Assembly (NCBI RefSeq): GCF_058153355.1
Contig: NZ_CM177019.1
DNA length: 64,000 bases
Reading direction: 5' to 3' (one strand)
Made by a program: the position numbers and the translations under genes. Each line of letters begins with the position of its first letter. Positions within the stretch are counted from its first letter, which is position 1. The notes beneath the pieces were generated by a model. That model did not search any database, was not told the origin of the DNA, and saw only the letters and a list, made by a program, of their open reading frames with translations. Shown here in pieces: positions 1-11,161 of this stretch.

Positions 1-201
1 TTTCCAGATGTGCGGATAGATGGTGTTGCCTAAAACCATCCCCAACAAAATTGCGAGGGTGAGGGCACTAAACCCGGCACCCGCAACCGCGGGAATGGAA
101 CCACCCCACAGGGCGACCCCGGTGATAACTGCACTCAGGGCTAACCCCGGAATAAAATGCCACAGTGTACGATGTTGTTTCTGTAAGGTGATATTCGTCA
201 T
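1..201 (-). CDS. yeiH: UPF0324 inner membrane protein YeiH, N-terminal part (gene runs off window start)
   Basis: Reverse-strand translation from the ATG at 199-201 gives MTNITLQKQHRTLWHFIPGLALSAVITGVALWGG..., a hydrophobic membrane N-terminus; divergent from yeiE as in K-12 synteny. Confidence 0.7.
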   Translation of the reverse strand, partial: MTNITLQKQHRTLWHFIPGLALSAVITGVALWGGSIPAVAGAGFSALTLAILLGMVLGNTIYPHIWK

Positions 202-299
202 AACCCTCTCCTTTAACCGGGTATAAGGTTACGACTAACTGGTTTAAAAATAAAATTGATTATATATTTATAATCAATCTTTATAAGTGGTAAGCGACT

Positions 300-1181
300 A
301 TGCACATCACCCTCCGGCAGTTGGAAGTTTTTGCAGAAGTATTGAAAAGTGGATCAACCACCCAGGCGTCGGTGATGCTGGCGTTGTCGCAATCAGCAGT
401 GAGCGCAGCCTTGACTGACCTGGAAGGGCAGCTTGGCGTGCAACTGTTTGATCGCGTGGGGAAAAGACTGGTTGTTAATGAACACGGGCGGCTGCTCTAT
501 CCGCGTGCGTTGGCACTGCTTGAACAGGCGATTGAAATCGAACAACTGTTTCGCGAAGACAACGGCGCGATTCGTATCTATGCCAGTAGTACTATCGGTA
601 ACTACATTCTGCCTGCAGTCATTGCCCGTTATCGCCATGATTATCCGCAGTTGCCGATTGAACTTAGCGTTGGGAACAGCCAGGACGTGATGCAAGCGGT
701 GCTGGATTTCCGCGTTGATATTGGCTTTATTGAAGGACCGTGCCACAGCACTGAAATCATCTCTGAACCGTGGCTGGAAGACGAGCTGGTGGTTTTCGCC
801 GCGCAGACTTCGCCGTTGGCTCGTGGTCCGGTCACCTTAGAGCAGCTGGCCGCTGCGCCGTGGATCCTGCGTGAACGCGGTTCCGGCACGCGGGAGATTG
901 TCGATTATCTGTTGCTGTCACATTTACCGAAGTTTGAGATGGCGATGGAGTTAGGTAACTCCGAGGCAATCAAACATGCGGTGCGTCATGGATTGGGAAT
1001 TAGTTGCCTGTCGCGACGGGTCATTGAAGATCAATTGCAGGCAGGCACGTTAAGTGAAGTTGCGGTCCCTCTGCCGCGCTTGATGCGCACGTTGTGGCGT
1101 ATACATCATCGGCAAAAACACCTTTCCAACGCGCTTCGGCGCTTTCTGGACTACTGCGATCCCGCGAATGTACCGTGTTAA
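300..1181 (+). CDS. yeiE: LysR-family transcriptional regulator YeiE
   Basis: 293-aa ORF with N-terminal LysR HTH ([24 protein letters not shown]) and a co-inducer domain; position next to lysP. Confidence 0.9.
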   Translation: MHITLRQLEVFAEVLKSGSTTQASVMLALSQSAVSAALTDLEGQLGVQLFDRVGKRLVVNEHGRLLYPRALALLEQAIEIEQLFREDNGAIRIYASSTIGNYILPAVIARYRHDYPQLPIELSVGNSQDVMQAVLDFRVDIGFIEGPCHSTEIISEPWLEDELVVFAAQTSPLARGPVTLEQLAAAPWILRERGSGTREIVDYLLLSHLPKFEMAMELGNSEAIKHAVRHGLGISCLSRRVIEDQLQAGTLSEVAVPLPRLMRTLWRIHHRQKHLSNALRRFLDYCDPANVPC

Positions 1182-1385
1182 GTCACGGTACAGGAACATG
1201 CTGGTGCTGTGTCGATTTCGTGACGCAGTGCTTGCGGCATGCATTCGCCAGAAAAGAGATTGGCTGCTTTACTTATAATCCCGGGGCGATCATGAAGGTG
1301 TCTTATAACCGTGTATTTCTGCCGGAAGGATTGCCAATCGTCTGCTACAATCGCGCCTCATTTTTAAGATGGATAGCATTTTTGT

Positions 1386-2855
1386 ATGGTTTCCGAAACT
1401 AAAACCACAGAAGCGCCGGGCTTACGCCGTGAATTAAAGGCGCGTCACCTGACGATGATTGCCATTGGCGGTTCCATCGGTACAGGTCTTTTTGTTGCCT
1501 CTGGCGCAACGATTTCTCAGGCAGGTCCGGGCGGGGCATTGCTCTCGTATATGTTGATTGGCCTGATGGTTTACTTCCTGATGACCAGTCTCGGTGAACT
1601 GGCTGCTTACATGCCGGTTTCCGGTTCGTTTGCCACTTACGGTCAGAACTATGTTGAAGAAGGCTTTGGCTTTGCGCTGGGCTGGAACTACTGGTACAAC
1701 TGGGCTGTGACTATTGCCGTTGACCTGGTTGCTGCGCAGCTGGTTATGAGCTGGTGGTTCCCGGATACACCCGGTTGGATCTGGAGTGCGCTGTTCCTCG
1801 GCGTTATCTTCCTGCTGAACTACATTTCGGTCCGTGGCTTTGGTGAAGCAGAATACTGGTTCTCACTGATCAAGGTTACGACGGTTATTGTCTTTATTGT
1901 TGTCGGCGTGCTGATGATTATCGGTATCTTCAAAGGCGCACAGCCTGCGGGCTGGAGCAACTGGACAATCGGCGAAGCACCGTTTGCTGGTGGTTTTGCG
2001 GCAATGATCGGCGTGGCAATGATTGTCGGCTTCTCTTTCCAGGGTACCGAGCTGATCGGTATTGCTGCAGGCGAGTCCGAAGATCCGGCGAAAAACATTC
2101 CACGCGCGGTACGTCAGGTGTTCTGGCGAATCCTGTTGTTCTATGTGTTCGCGATCCTGATCATCAGCCTGATTATTCCGTACACCGATCCGAGCCTGCT
2201 GCGTAATGATGTGAAAGACATCAGCGTCAGTCCGTTCACCCTGGTATTCCAACACGCGGGTCTGCTCTCTGCGGCGGCGGTGATGAACGCTGTTATTCTG
2301 ACGGCGGTGCTGTCAGCGGGTAACTCCGGTATGTATGCGTCTACTCGTATGTTGTACACCCTGGCGTGTGACGGTAAAGCGCCGCGCATTTTCGCTAAAT
2401 TGTCGCGTGGTGGCGTGCCGCGTAACGCGCTGTATGCGACGACGGTGATTGCCGGTCTGTGCTTCCTGACCTCCATGTTTGGTAACCAGACGGTATACCT
2501 GTGGTTGCTGAACACCTCTGGTATGACAGGCTTTATTGCCTGGCTGGGGATTGCGATTAGCCACTACCGCTTCCGTCGCGGTTACGTATTGCAGGGACAC
2601 GACATTAACGATCTGCCGTACCGTTCAGGCTTCTTCCCACTGGGGCCGATCTTCGCATTCATTCTGTGTCTGATTATCACTTTGGGCCAGAACTACGAAG
2701 CGTTCCTGAAAGACACCATTGACTGGGGCGGCGTAGCGGCAACATATATTGGTATCCCGCTGTTCCTGATTATCTGGTTCGGATACAAGCTGATTAAAGG
2801 AACTCACTTCGTACGCTACAGCGAAATGAAGTTCCCGCAGAACGATAAGAAATAA
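1386..2855 (+). CDS. lysP: Lysine-specific permease (APC family)
   Basis: 489-aa ORF with 12-TM amino acid permease signature; N-terminus MVSETKTTEAPGLRRELK; synteny. Confidence 0.95.
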   Translation: MVSETKTTEAPGLRRELKARHLTMIAIGGSIGTGLFVASGATISQAGPGGALLSYMLIGLMVYFLMTSLGELAAYMPVSGSFATYGQNYVEEGFGFALGWNYWYNWAVTIAVDLVAAQLVMSWWFPDTPGWIWSALFLGVIFLLNYISVRGFGEAEYWFSLIKVTTVIVFIVVGVLMIIGIFKGAQPAGWSNWTIGEAPFAGGFAAMIGVAMIVGFSFQGTELIGIAAGESEDPAKNIPRAVRQVFWRILLFYVFAILIISLIIPYTDPSLLRNDVKDISVSPFTLVFQHAGLLSAAAVMNAVILTAVLSAGNSGMYASTRMLYTLACDGKAPRIFAKLSRGGVPRNALYATTVIAGLCFLTSMFGNQTVYLWLLNTSGMTGFIAWLGIAISHYRFRRGYVLQGHDINDLPYRSGFFPLGPIFAFILCLIITLGQNYEAFLKDTIDWGGVAATYIGIPLFLIIWFGYKLIKGTHFVRYSEMKFPQNDKK

Positions 2856-2876
2856 GTTTCCTCCCTTCCTTGCTAA

Positions 2877-2902
2877 GCCCTCTCAACCGAGAGGGCTTTT
2901 TC
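2877..2902 (+). terminator. Rho-independent terminator downstream of lysP
   Basis: GC stem gccctctc / gagagggc with loop aacc, followed by tttttc. Confidence 0.6.
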
Positions 2903-2949
2903 AATTCTATTTCCCTGACAAATCATGTGGATATAAATCTTAACATTTG

Positions 2950-2980
2950 GATTGATAATTGTTATCGTTTGCATTATCGT
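2950..2980. promoter_or_regulatory. Fur box in the cirA promoter region
   Basis: gattgataattgttatcgtttgcattatc resembles the Fur consensus GATAATGATAATCATTATC; cirA is a classical Fur-repressed gene. Confidence 0.55.
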
Positions 2981-3147
2981 TACGCCGAAATCAAAAAAGG
3001 CTGACAAATCAGGGGCTGTTCCGGCTTTCTGGGATGATCACCTGCATACAAATAAGTCCACCGCGATGCTGCCGTACGCAAGGGGACGTGAAAAAGATGT
3101 GAGCGATAACCCATTTTATTTTCGTAGTTACCTCATGGAGATATGGA

Positions 3148-5127
3148 ATGTTTAGGTTGAACCCCTTCGTACGGGTCGGGCTGTGTTTGTCCGCTATTTC
3201 TTGTGCATGGCCTGTGTTAGCGGTCGATGATGATGGCGAAACGATGGTTGTCACCGCATCTTCCGTTGAGCAAAACCTTAAAGATGCACCCGCCAGTATC
3301 AGCGTCATTACCCAGGAAGACCTGCAGCGAAAACCAGTACAGAATCTAAAGGATGTGCTCAAAGAAGTGCCTGGCGTACAACTGACGAACGAAGGGGATA
3401 ACCGTAAGGGCGTTAGTATTCGTGGTCTGGACAGCAGCTACACCCTGATTCTCGTCGACGGTAAACGCGTTAACTCCCGCAATGCCGTCTTCCGCCACAA
3501 TGATTTCGATCTGAACTGGATCCCGGTCGATTCCATCGAACGTATTGAAGTGGTCCGTGGCCCGATGTCGTCGCTGTACGGTTCCGATGCGCTCGGCGGT
3601 GTCGTGAATATCATCACCAAAAAAATCGGTCAGAAATGGTCGGGTACCGTTACTGTCGATACCACCATTCAGGAACATCGCGATCGCGGTGATACCTATA
3701 ACGGTCAGTTCTTTACCAGCGGGCCATTAATTGACGGTGTGCTGGGAATGAAAGCTTACGGCAGCCTGGCAAAACGTGAAAAGGATAACCCGCAAAACTC
3801 AACTACCACCGATACCGGAGAAACGCCGCGTATTGAAGGATTCTCCAGCCGCGACGGCAATGTGGAATTTGCCTGGACGCCGAATCAAAATCACGATTTT
3901 ACTGCCGGATACGGTTTTGACCGTCAGGATCGTGATTCCGACTCGCTGGACAAAAACCGCCTGGAACGTCAGAACTACTCCGTCAGCCATAATGGGCGTT
4001 GGGATTACGGCACCAGCGAACTGAAATACTACGGTGAGAAAGTCGAAAACAAAAACCCTGGCAACAGCAGCCCGATTACTTCCGAAAGCAATACGGTCGA
4101 TGGTAAATACACGTTGCCACTGACGGCGATTAATCAGTTTGTTACGGTTGGCGGTGAATGGCGTCACGACAAACTTAGCGATGCAGTAAACCTGACCGGA
4201 GGAACAAGCTCCAAAACGTCTGCCAGCCAGTACGCGCTGTTTGTGGAAGATGAATGGCGGATCTTCGAGCCGCTGGCGCTGACGACCGGCGTGCGTATGG
4301 ACGATCACGAAACCTACGGTGAACACTGGAGTCCTCGTGCCTACCTGGTTTATAACGCCACCGACACCGTAACGGTGAAAGGGGGCTGGGCGACGGCATT
4401 TAAAGCGCCTTCTCTGTTGCAACTTAGCCCTGACTGGACGAGCAATTCCTGCCGTGGCGCATGCAAGATTGTGGGTAGCCCGGATCTGAAACCTGAAACC
4501 AGCGAAAGTTGGGAGCTGGGGCTTTACTACATGGGTGAAGAAGGCTGGCTGGAAGGGGTTGAATCCAGCGTGACCGTTTTCCGCAACGATGTAAAAGATC
4601 GTATCAGCATCAGCCGTACGTCTGACGTCAATGCTGCTCCGGGCTACCAAAACTTTGTCGGTTTTACAGCGGACGGTGTGCCAGTATTCAGCTACTACAA
4701 CGTTAACAAAGCACGTATTCAGGGCGTGGAAACCGAACTGAAAATTCCGTTCAACGATGAATGGAAACTGTCGATCAACTACACCTACAACGATGGTCGT
4801 GATGTCAGCAACGGCGAAAACAAACCGTTGTCCGATCTGCCGTTCCATACCGCTAACGGTACGCTGGACTGGAAACCGCTGGCGCTGGAAGACTGGTCAT
4901 TCTATGTTTCTGGTCACTATACCGGGCAGAAACGCGCCGACAGCGCGACGGCTAAAACTCCGGGCGGTTATACCATCTGGAATACCGGCGCGGCCTGGCA
5001 GGTGACCAAAGACGTCAAACTGCGTGCGGGTGTGCTGAACCTTGGCGACAAGGATCTCAGTCGTGACGACTACAGCTATAACGAAGACGGACGTCGTTAC
5101 TTTATGGCAGTGGATTATCGCTTCTGA
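3148..5127 (+). CDS. cirA: TonB-dependent outer membrane receptor CirA (colicin I receptor / catecholate siderophore receptor)
   Basis: 659-aa ORF with signal peptide, TonB box (ETMVVTAS), plug and beta-barrel, and C-terminal aromatic residue (…VDYRF). Confidence 0.95.
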   Translation: MFRLNPFVRVGLCLSAISCAWPVLAVDDDGETMVVTASSVEQNLKDAPASISVITQEDLQRKPVQNLKDVLKEVPGVQLTNEGDNRKGVSIRGLDSSYTLILVDGKRVNSRNAVFRHNDFDLNWIPVDSIERIEVVRGPMSSLYGSDALGGVVNIITKKIGQKWSGTVTVDTTIQEHRDRGDTYNGQFFTSGPLIDGVLGMKAYGSLAKREKDNPQNSTTTDTGETPRIEGFSSRDGNVEFAWTPNQNHDFTAGYGFDRQDRDSDSLDKNRLERQNYSVSHNGRWDYGTSELKYYGEKVENKNPGNSSPITSESNTVDGKYTLPLTAINQFVTVGGEWRHDKLSDAVNLTGGTSSKTSASQYALFVEDEWRIFEPLALTTGVRMDDHETYGEHWSPRAYLVYNATDTVTVKGGWATAFKAPSLLQLSPDWTSNSCRGACKIVGSPDLKPETSESWELGLYYMGEEGWLEGVESSVTVFRNDVKDRISISRTSDVNAAPGYQNFVGFTADGVPVFSYYNVNKARIQGVETELKIPFNDEWKLSINYTYNDGRDVSNGENKPLSDLPFHTANGTLDWKPLALEDWSFYVSGHYTGQKRADSATAKTPGGYTIWNTGAAWQVTKDVKLRAGVLNLGDKDLSRDDYSYNEDGRRYFMAVDYRF

Positions 5128-5134
5128 TGCGAAG

Positions 5135-5161
5135 ATGCCCGGCGTCGATCCCGCCGGGCAT
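5135..5161. terminator. GC-rich hairpin between convergent cirA and the MFS transporter gene (possible bidirectional terminator)
   Basis: atgcccggcg ... cgccgggcat inverted repeat; no clear T-tract on either side. Confidence 0.3.
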
Positions 5162-5185
5162 AATCCCAGAAATTCGCTTCTGGCT

Positions 5186-6508
5186 TTATAACCGATGAAA
5201 TTTTGCCAGTAAGGCCAGTGAAAATGTTGTCAGCAAAATGGTAATGACTGCGTAAATATACACTCCTGACCATTCCCAACTGTTTTTCACCATAATAACT
5301 GGAAGCCCTGCCATTGCCGCGCCTAAATAACTAAACAAGCCCCTGAATCCAGTAATGGAACCTGCCGCATCTTTATGCGTAACATCAAGACACCCGACAG
5401 CGAATAACATATGCGGTCCATACAATGCAAACCCCATGATTGTAAACAGAATAGCCGTTAATGTGTAGGAGACGTCCTGCACCAGCGGTACGAGAACGAT
5501 GCAAATACATAAAGCGATGGCAAAGATTAATCCGGTCATCCAGCGGTTACTTTTAAACATGAAATCGGACAAGTACCCCGCCAGTAATCCCCCAGCAAGT
5601 CCACCTGCTTCAAACCAGGATATAATGGAGTTCGCTTTAATCAGGCTCCAGTTATGAACCTGAGAATAATAAATTTGTGGCCAGTCATTGAGGATGGTGC
5701 GTGCAATATAGACCGACATATCCCCGAGGATAATGAGCCAAACTAATGGGTTGGTAAGAATATATTTAACGAATATTTGCCAAAAACTGAGATCAACCGG
5801 ACTTGCTTTAACTTGTGCAAGTTCTGTCGGGTCGTTGCGCCACTTACCGACGTTAGGCAAACCGAGCGTGCCGGGACGATCTTTTATCGTAAACAAGGCA
5901 ACAATCCCCATAATCAGTGAGATTACACCCGGAACATAAAAGCCCATCTTCCAGCTGCCACTAAAAGCAATAGCAAAGCTTGTCAGGAGAGGCGCAAGAC
6001 TACCGCCAATATTATGCGCAGCTTCAACAACTGCCCACCAGCGTCCGCGTTCATTTTTCGAGAACCACGAGGCCATAATTTTTGCCATTGGCGGAAAACT
6101 GGTACCCTGGAGAATAGCATTAAGGCTATACAGGATATAGAACGCAGCAACGCTGTCTGAAAAACCGAAAAGAATGTTAACAATACCGACGCCAATAAGT
6201 ACGGGGCCAGTCATCGCTCGTGGGTTAATTTTATCGACTAACATGCCACCTACAAACTTCATGGAGCCATAAAGAATGTAAAAGACCGACGACATGATAG
6301 CGAAATCTTGTGCGGTTAATGACGTATCCGTTAACATCGCTGGCATGGCCGCAGAGAAATTCTTGCGGGTTAAGTAAAATACGGCATAAGAGATAAATAC
6401 AGAGGTGATGATTTCAATGCGAAATTTTTTATAAGTATGATCAACTTCTTCTTTTGGTTTGACCACAGGTTGGTCGGCCTGGCTGAAAATAAATTTTTTC
6501 AAACTCAT
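5186..6508 (-). CDS. MFS transporter, organophosphate:Pi antiporter (GlpT/UhpT/PgtP-like) family
   Basis: 440-aa ORF with about 12 TM segments; N-terminal region YAVFYLTRKNFSAAMP matches the GlpT/UhpT-family motif; in an AT-richer accessory block. Confidence 0.85.
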   Translation of the reverse strand: MSLKKFIFSQADQPVVKPKEEVDHTYKKFRIEIITSVFISYAVFYLTRKNFSAAMPAMLTDTSLTAQDFAIMSSVFYILYGSMKFVGGMLVDKINPRAMTGPVLIGVGIVNILFGFSDSVAAFYILYSLNAILQGTSFPPMAKIMASWFSKNERGRWWAVVEAAHNIGGSLAPLLTSFAIAFSGSWKMGFYVPGVISLIMGIVALFTIKDRPGTLGLPNVGKWRNDPTELAQVKASPVDLSFWQIFVKYILTNPLVWLIILGDMSVYIARTILNDWPQIYYSQVHNWSLIKANSIISWFEAGGLAGGLLAGYLSDFMFKSNRWMTGLIFAIALCICIVLVPLVQDVSYTLTAILFTIMGFALYGPHMLFAVGCLDVTHKDAAGSITGFRGLFSYLGAAMAGLPVIMVKNSWEWSGVYIYAVITILLTTFSLALLAKFHRL

Positions 6509-6540
6509 TGTGAGTTTCCTTTTCTGTGAACCTTATGGCG

Positions 6541-7428
6541 CTATAATTTTTCTTCTATAAAAAAGAGAAGCGACTCGAAACCATTAAAATTAATCTGGTC
6601 AGCAATTTTTTCCCGGGTTTTAGGTTTTGCTTTCCATGCCACGCCATTTCCGGCATGCAAAAGCATAGGAATATCATTGGCACCATCTCCACAGGCAATG
6701 ATGTTTTCACGGCAGATAGCTAACTCTGTCGCTAAATTTATCAGGGTTTGCTTTTTCTTTTCTGCATTCATAATAGGTAAGGTAATTGTATCAGTTAACA
6801 GATCTTCCTTAATGCGCACAGAGTTAGAAAATGCAAAATCAAGTTGATATTTTTCCTTCAATCGCTCAGTAAAAATATCCAAACCTCCAGATATAATTGC
6901 CGTCTTGAATCCTTTTTCTTTTAGTATGGGAAGAATAGTTTCAAGACCTGGTGAAAGAGTCATCTGTTCACAAACTTGATGCAATATATCTTTATGCGTT
7001 CCTTTAAGCATGGCAATTCGCCGGGTAAAACTGGTATCAAAATCGATTTTCCCTTCCATCGCTTCACGGGTCAGTGCGGTGATTTTTTCAGAGATGCCGA
7101 GTCTACGGGCTATTTCATCGACACCTTCTTCTTCAACAAAGGTGGAATCCATATCAAAGGCAATAATTCCCTGATCCGGTAAGACCCTGGGTTTACGGAA
7201 AAAATCGAATTGATGATTATCAGCACGGTGACGTAAACCAGCATAAAAAGCAGGGTTGGTAACATCATCTGGTAATACTAGCTTTAGATACTCTTTATTT
7301 ATTTTCCCACTGTAATTCGTTGTTAGCGAAAACACCGAGGGGGAAATCTTTAAATGTTGCAGATAATCTTCCAGACATTTTTGGGTGATGTCGATGCCTG
7401 TTGGCGACAAGAAATAAATAATCGTCAT
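6541..7428 (-). CDS. HAD-superfamily phosphoserine phosphatase (SerB paralogue)
   Basis: 295-aa ORF with HAD motif I (IIAFDMDSTF), EGKIDFDTSF, AIISGG and GDGANDIPML; aligns by eye to E. coli SerB along its length. Confidence 0.85.
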   Translation of the reverse strand: MTIIYFLSPTGIDITQKCLEDYLQHLKISPSVFSLTTNYSGKINKEYLKLVLPDDVTNPAFYAGLRHRADNHQFDFFRKPRVLPDQGIIAFDMDSTFVEEEGVDEIARRLGISEKITALTREAMEGKIDFDTSFTRRIAMLKGTHKDILHQVCEQMTLSPGLETILPILKEKGFKTAIISGGLDIFTERLKEKYQLDFAFSNSVRIKEDLLTDTITLPIMNAEKKKQTLINLATELAICRENIIACGDGANDIPMLLHAGNGVAWKAKPKTREKIADQINFNGFESLLFFIEEKL

Positions 7429-7520
7429 TTACCGCTCCTTTTTATCTGCAATGATTATAATAAGATTTCGTAGAAGCTGATGTATCTGACAATCACAGTT
7501 GTGAATGTTAAATAAAAGAT

Positions 7521-7585
7521 AAAAAAGTACTTTTTTTGATACTTTGAAATAATAAGATACTAAAAGTACCATTTTTGATATCTTT
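7521..7585. promoter_or_regulatory. Divergent promoter region of the island with a direct repeat (AAAAGTAC-N6/7-TTGATA)
   Basis: aaaagtactttttttgatac (7523-7542) and aaaagtaccatttttgatatc (7562-7582), two near-identical copies about 40 bp apart in an AT-rich intergenic region between divergent operons. Confidence 0.3.
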
Positions 7586-7617
7586 ACCAGGATATAACGA
7601 ATAACTATTTTTCAACG

Positions 7618-8991
7618 TTGAAGGAATCATTTACAAATATGGAAAGCTGCGTAGATATATTCAAGATAGTTATTGGTCCATCCAGTTCCCGCACAGTCGG
7701 GCCAATGCGTGCGGCTTATAATTTTGTGTCACAATTGAAACAGCGAGAAATGTTACCTTTGTTGCGGAAAATTGATGTCGAACTTTATGGTGCGCTGTCA
7801 TTAAGCCGCAAGTGCCATAATGTTGATGTGGCGATTTATCTCGGTTTGCAAGGACACTTACCTGACAGCGTTGACATTCGCATGGAAATGTCCGCCATCA
7901 GGCGTGCAGAAACTGAGGCGACGCTGGAAGTTATGCCTGGTGTCAACGTCAGTGTATCCATTCTTTCTAATCTACAAGCGCATCCGGGGCACCCTTATGC
8001 GATGACATTTCGTGCCAGAGATGACTGGTTTACACTTTATGAAGAAACCTGGTTTTCTATCGGCGACGGTCAAGTGCTAAAAGCAGGAGAGGCGATTATT
8101 CCTCCATCAGTCACTCCACATCCTTTTGAATTCCAGAACGCAAACGAATTATTAAAACTTTGTCAGCAAAACGGATTATCTGTCGCGGCATTAATGATGA
8201 AAAACGAACTGCACTGCCAGACAGCAGCTTTTTTGCATGACGATCTTCATAAAAAATGGGAAGTAATGAAGGATGCGGTTTATCGCGGGATGCATACAGA
8301 AGGATTACTTCCAGGTCCGTTTCAGGTTAACCGTCGTGCCTGTGCTTTATATAAATCGTTGCAGTCAAAGGGGTTTTCCAATGACTTCCTGACTGCGCTC
8401 AATTGGGTCAATACTTTTGCCATTGCGGTGAGCGAAGAAAATGCTGCGGGTGGACGTGTCGTGACAGCACCCACCAACGGCGCGAGCGGTATTATCCCGG
8501 CTGTACTGTGCTGGTATGATAAATTCATTCACGAGCTTGATACATACTCCGTTACCCGCTTTTTACTGACCGCTGGTGCCATCGCCATTCTGTTCAAAAA
8601 AAATGCCTCTATTCTGGGTTCTGAAGTTGGATGTCAGGGGGAAATAGGTGTTGCCAGTTCAATGGCGGCAGCAGGATTAGCAGAACTTATGGGCGGGTCA
8701 GTGGCTCAGGTACTTAGCGCGGCAGAAATTGCGATGGAGCATCATTTAGGTTTGACCTGTGATCCAGTTGGCGGGCAGGTACAAATTCCTTGTATTGAAC
8801 GAAATGCTATTTCAGCTGTGAAAGCTATCAACGCAACGACGATGGCGTTGAGTCGCATAAGCGAGCCGTGCATTACGCTGGATGAGATAATTTCCGCGAT
8901 GTATGAAACCGGAAAGGATATGAGCGCTAAATACCGTGAAACTTATCATGGCTGTCTGAGCAAATTGCAGCCAAGAAAAAAGGATGCGTAA
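7618..8991 (+). CDS. L-serine dehydratase (L-serine ammonia-lyase, Fe-S type, single-chain SdaA-like)
   Basis: 457-aa ORF; N-terminal [20 protein letters not shown] matches the SdaA/SdaB/TdcG signature; true start may be the Met at 7639. Confidence 0.9.
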   Translation: MKESFTNMESCVDIFKIVIGPSSSRTVGPMRAAYNFVSQLKQREMLPLLRKIDVELYGALSLSRKCHNVDVAIYLGLQGHLPDSVDIRMEMSAIRRAETEATLEVMPGVNVSVSILSNLQAHPGHPYAMTFRARDDWFTLYEETWFSIGDGQVLKAGEAIIPPSVTPHPFEFQNANELLKLCQQNGLSVAALMMKNELHCQTAAFLHDDLHKKWEVMKDAVYRGMHTEGLLPGPFQVNRRACALYKSLQSKGFSNDFLTALNWVNTFAIAVSEENAAGGRVVTAPTNGASGIIPAVLCWYDKFIHELDTYSVTRFLLTAGAIAILFKKNASILGSEVGCQGEIGVASSMAAAGLAELMGGSVAQVLSAAEIAMEHHLGLTCDPVGGQVQIPCIERNAISAVKAINATTMALSRISEPCITLDEIISAMYETGKDMSAKYRETYHGCLSKLQPRKKDA

Positions 8992-9382
8992 GATGAAATA
9001 TAATACGATGAATAACAACGAAATTATTTTATCACTGTGCGCTCGCATTAAAGAAACGCGTATCTCATTATCATTGACCCAACAGCAGTTAGCCGAGCGT
9101 GCATTGGTGGGCATAGCAACGGTCAAGCGGATTGAAAAGGGGGGAAGTTTAAATCTTGATACTCTCATTTCTCTTCTGCGCGCGCTGAATAAATTGCAAA
9201 ATCTCGATGCCATATTGTTCGAAGCAGAAATGCGTAATTTCAACGAAAATAGTTCCAGCGGCGAAGGGGCAGGGCGACTACAGGTACGCCAGCAACTGAC
9301 AGATTTAAACCAGAAGTCTCCAGCCCCGCACGCAGATGACCATAATTTTAGTACGGCGCTGGAAAATACCCTCTGCTGGTGA
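8984..9382 (+). CDS. XRE-family helix-turn-helix transcriptional regulator
   Basis: 132-aa ORF with HTH region LSLTQQQLAERALVGIATVKRIEKG; overlaps the 3' end of the serine dehydratase gene, suggesting co-transcription. Confidence 0.7.
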   Translation: MRKMKYNTMNNNEIILSLCARIKETRISLSLTQQQLAERALVGIATVKRIEKGGSLNLDTLISLLRALNKLQNLDAILFEAEMRNFNENSSSGEGAGRLQVRQQLTDLNQKSPAPHADDHNFSTALENTLCW

Positions 9383-10252
<870 letters not shown>

Positions 10253-10476
10253 TCATCATACCGTTTATTCAATGTGCTGTGAGTAACTTTCACTTCCGTA
10301 TATACATAACGATGTTTTAACATCTGCTGATGAAAGGCAGCGGCAATTACAATAATTATCGCTGTGAATACTGGATTATGTGCGCCGCCTCACGCACAAT
10401 AATCAGGCTGTAAATCAGCTTAATAACTTTGCCCCCACGCAGGGCGGAGGCGTCACACCTGCAGGAGAAATCATAA

Positions 10477-11145
10477 ATGCCATCACTCAGTAAAGAAGCG
10501 GCCCTGGTTCATGAAGCGTTAGTTGCGCGAGGACTGGAAACACCGCTGCGCCCGCCCGTGCATGAAATGGATAACGAAACGCGCAAAAGCCTTATTGCTG
10601 GTCATATGACCGAAATCATGCAGCTGCTGAATCTCGACCTGGCTGATGACAGTTTGATGGAAACGCCGCATCGCATCGCTAAAATGTATGTCGATGAAAT
10701 TTTCTCCGGTCTGGATTACGCCAATTTCCCGAAAATCACCCTCATTGAAAACAAAATGAAGGTTGATGAAATGGTCACCGTGCGCGATATCACCCTGACC
10801 AGTACCTGTGAACACCATTTTGTTACCATCGATGGCAAAGCGACGGTGGCTTATATCCCGAAAGATTCGGTGATCGGTCTGTCAAAAATTAACCGTATCG
10901 TGCAGTTCTTTGCCCAGCGTCCGCAGGTGCAGGAACGTCTGACGCAGCAAATTCTCATTGCGCTACAAACGCTGCTGGGCACCAATAACGTGGCTGTCTC
11001 TATCGATGCGGTACATTACTGCGTGAAGGCGCGCGGCATCCGCGATGCAACCAGTGCCACGACAACGACCTCTCTTGGTGGATTGTTCAAATCCAGTCAG
11101 AATACGCGCCACGAGTTTCTGCGCGCTGTGCGTCATCACAACTGA
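10477..11145 (+). CDS. folE: GTP cyclohydrolase I
   Basis: 222-aa ORF; conserved core ...[21 protein letters not shown]... Confidence 0.95.
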
Positions 11146-11161
11146 TTAAAAGGCAGGAACC

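Noticed and set aside
20-226. 68-aa plus-strand ORF at the window start
   Set aside because: Antisense to the clearly recognisable yeiH N-terminus; no homology features.
3799-4848. 349-aa ORF on the minus strand
   Set aside because: Lies entirely antisense within cirA, which has unambiguous TonB-dependent receptor features; no ribosome-binding site context and no recognisable motifs.
10330-10360. Possible Fur or Zur-like box (gcaattacaataattatcgctg) in the yeiG-folE intergenic region
   Set aside because: Only a weak match to the Fur consensus and no known metal regulation of these genes; not supported well enough to call.
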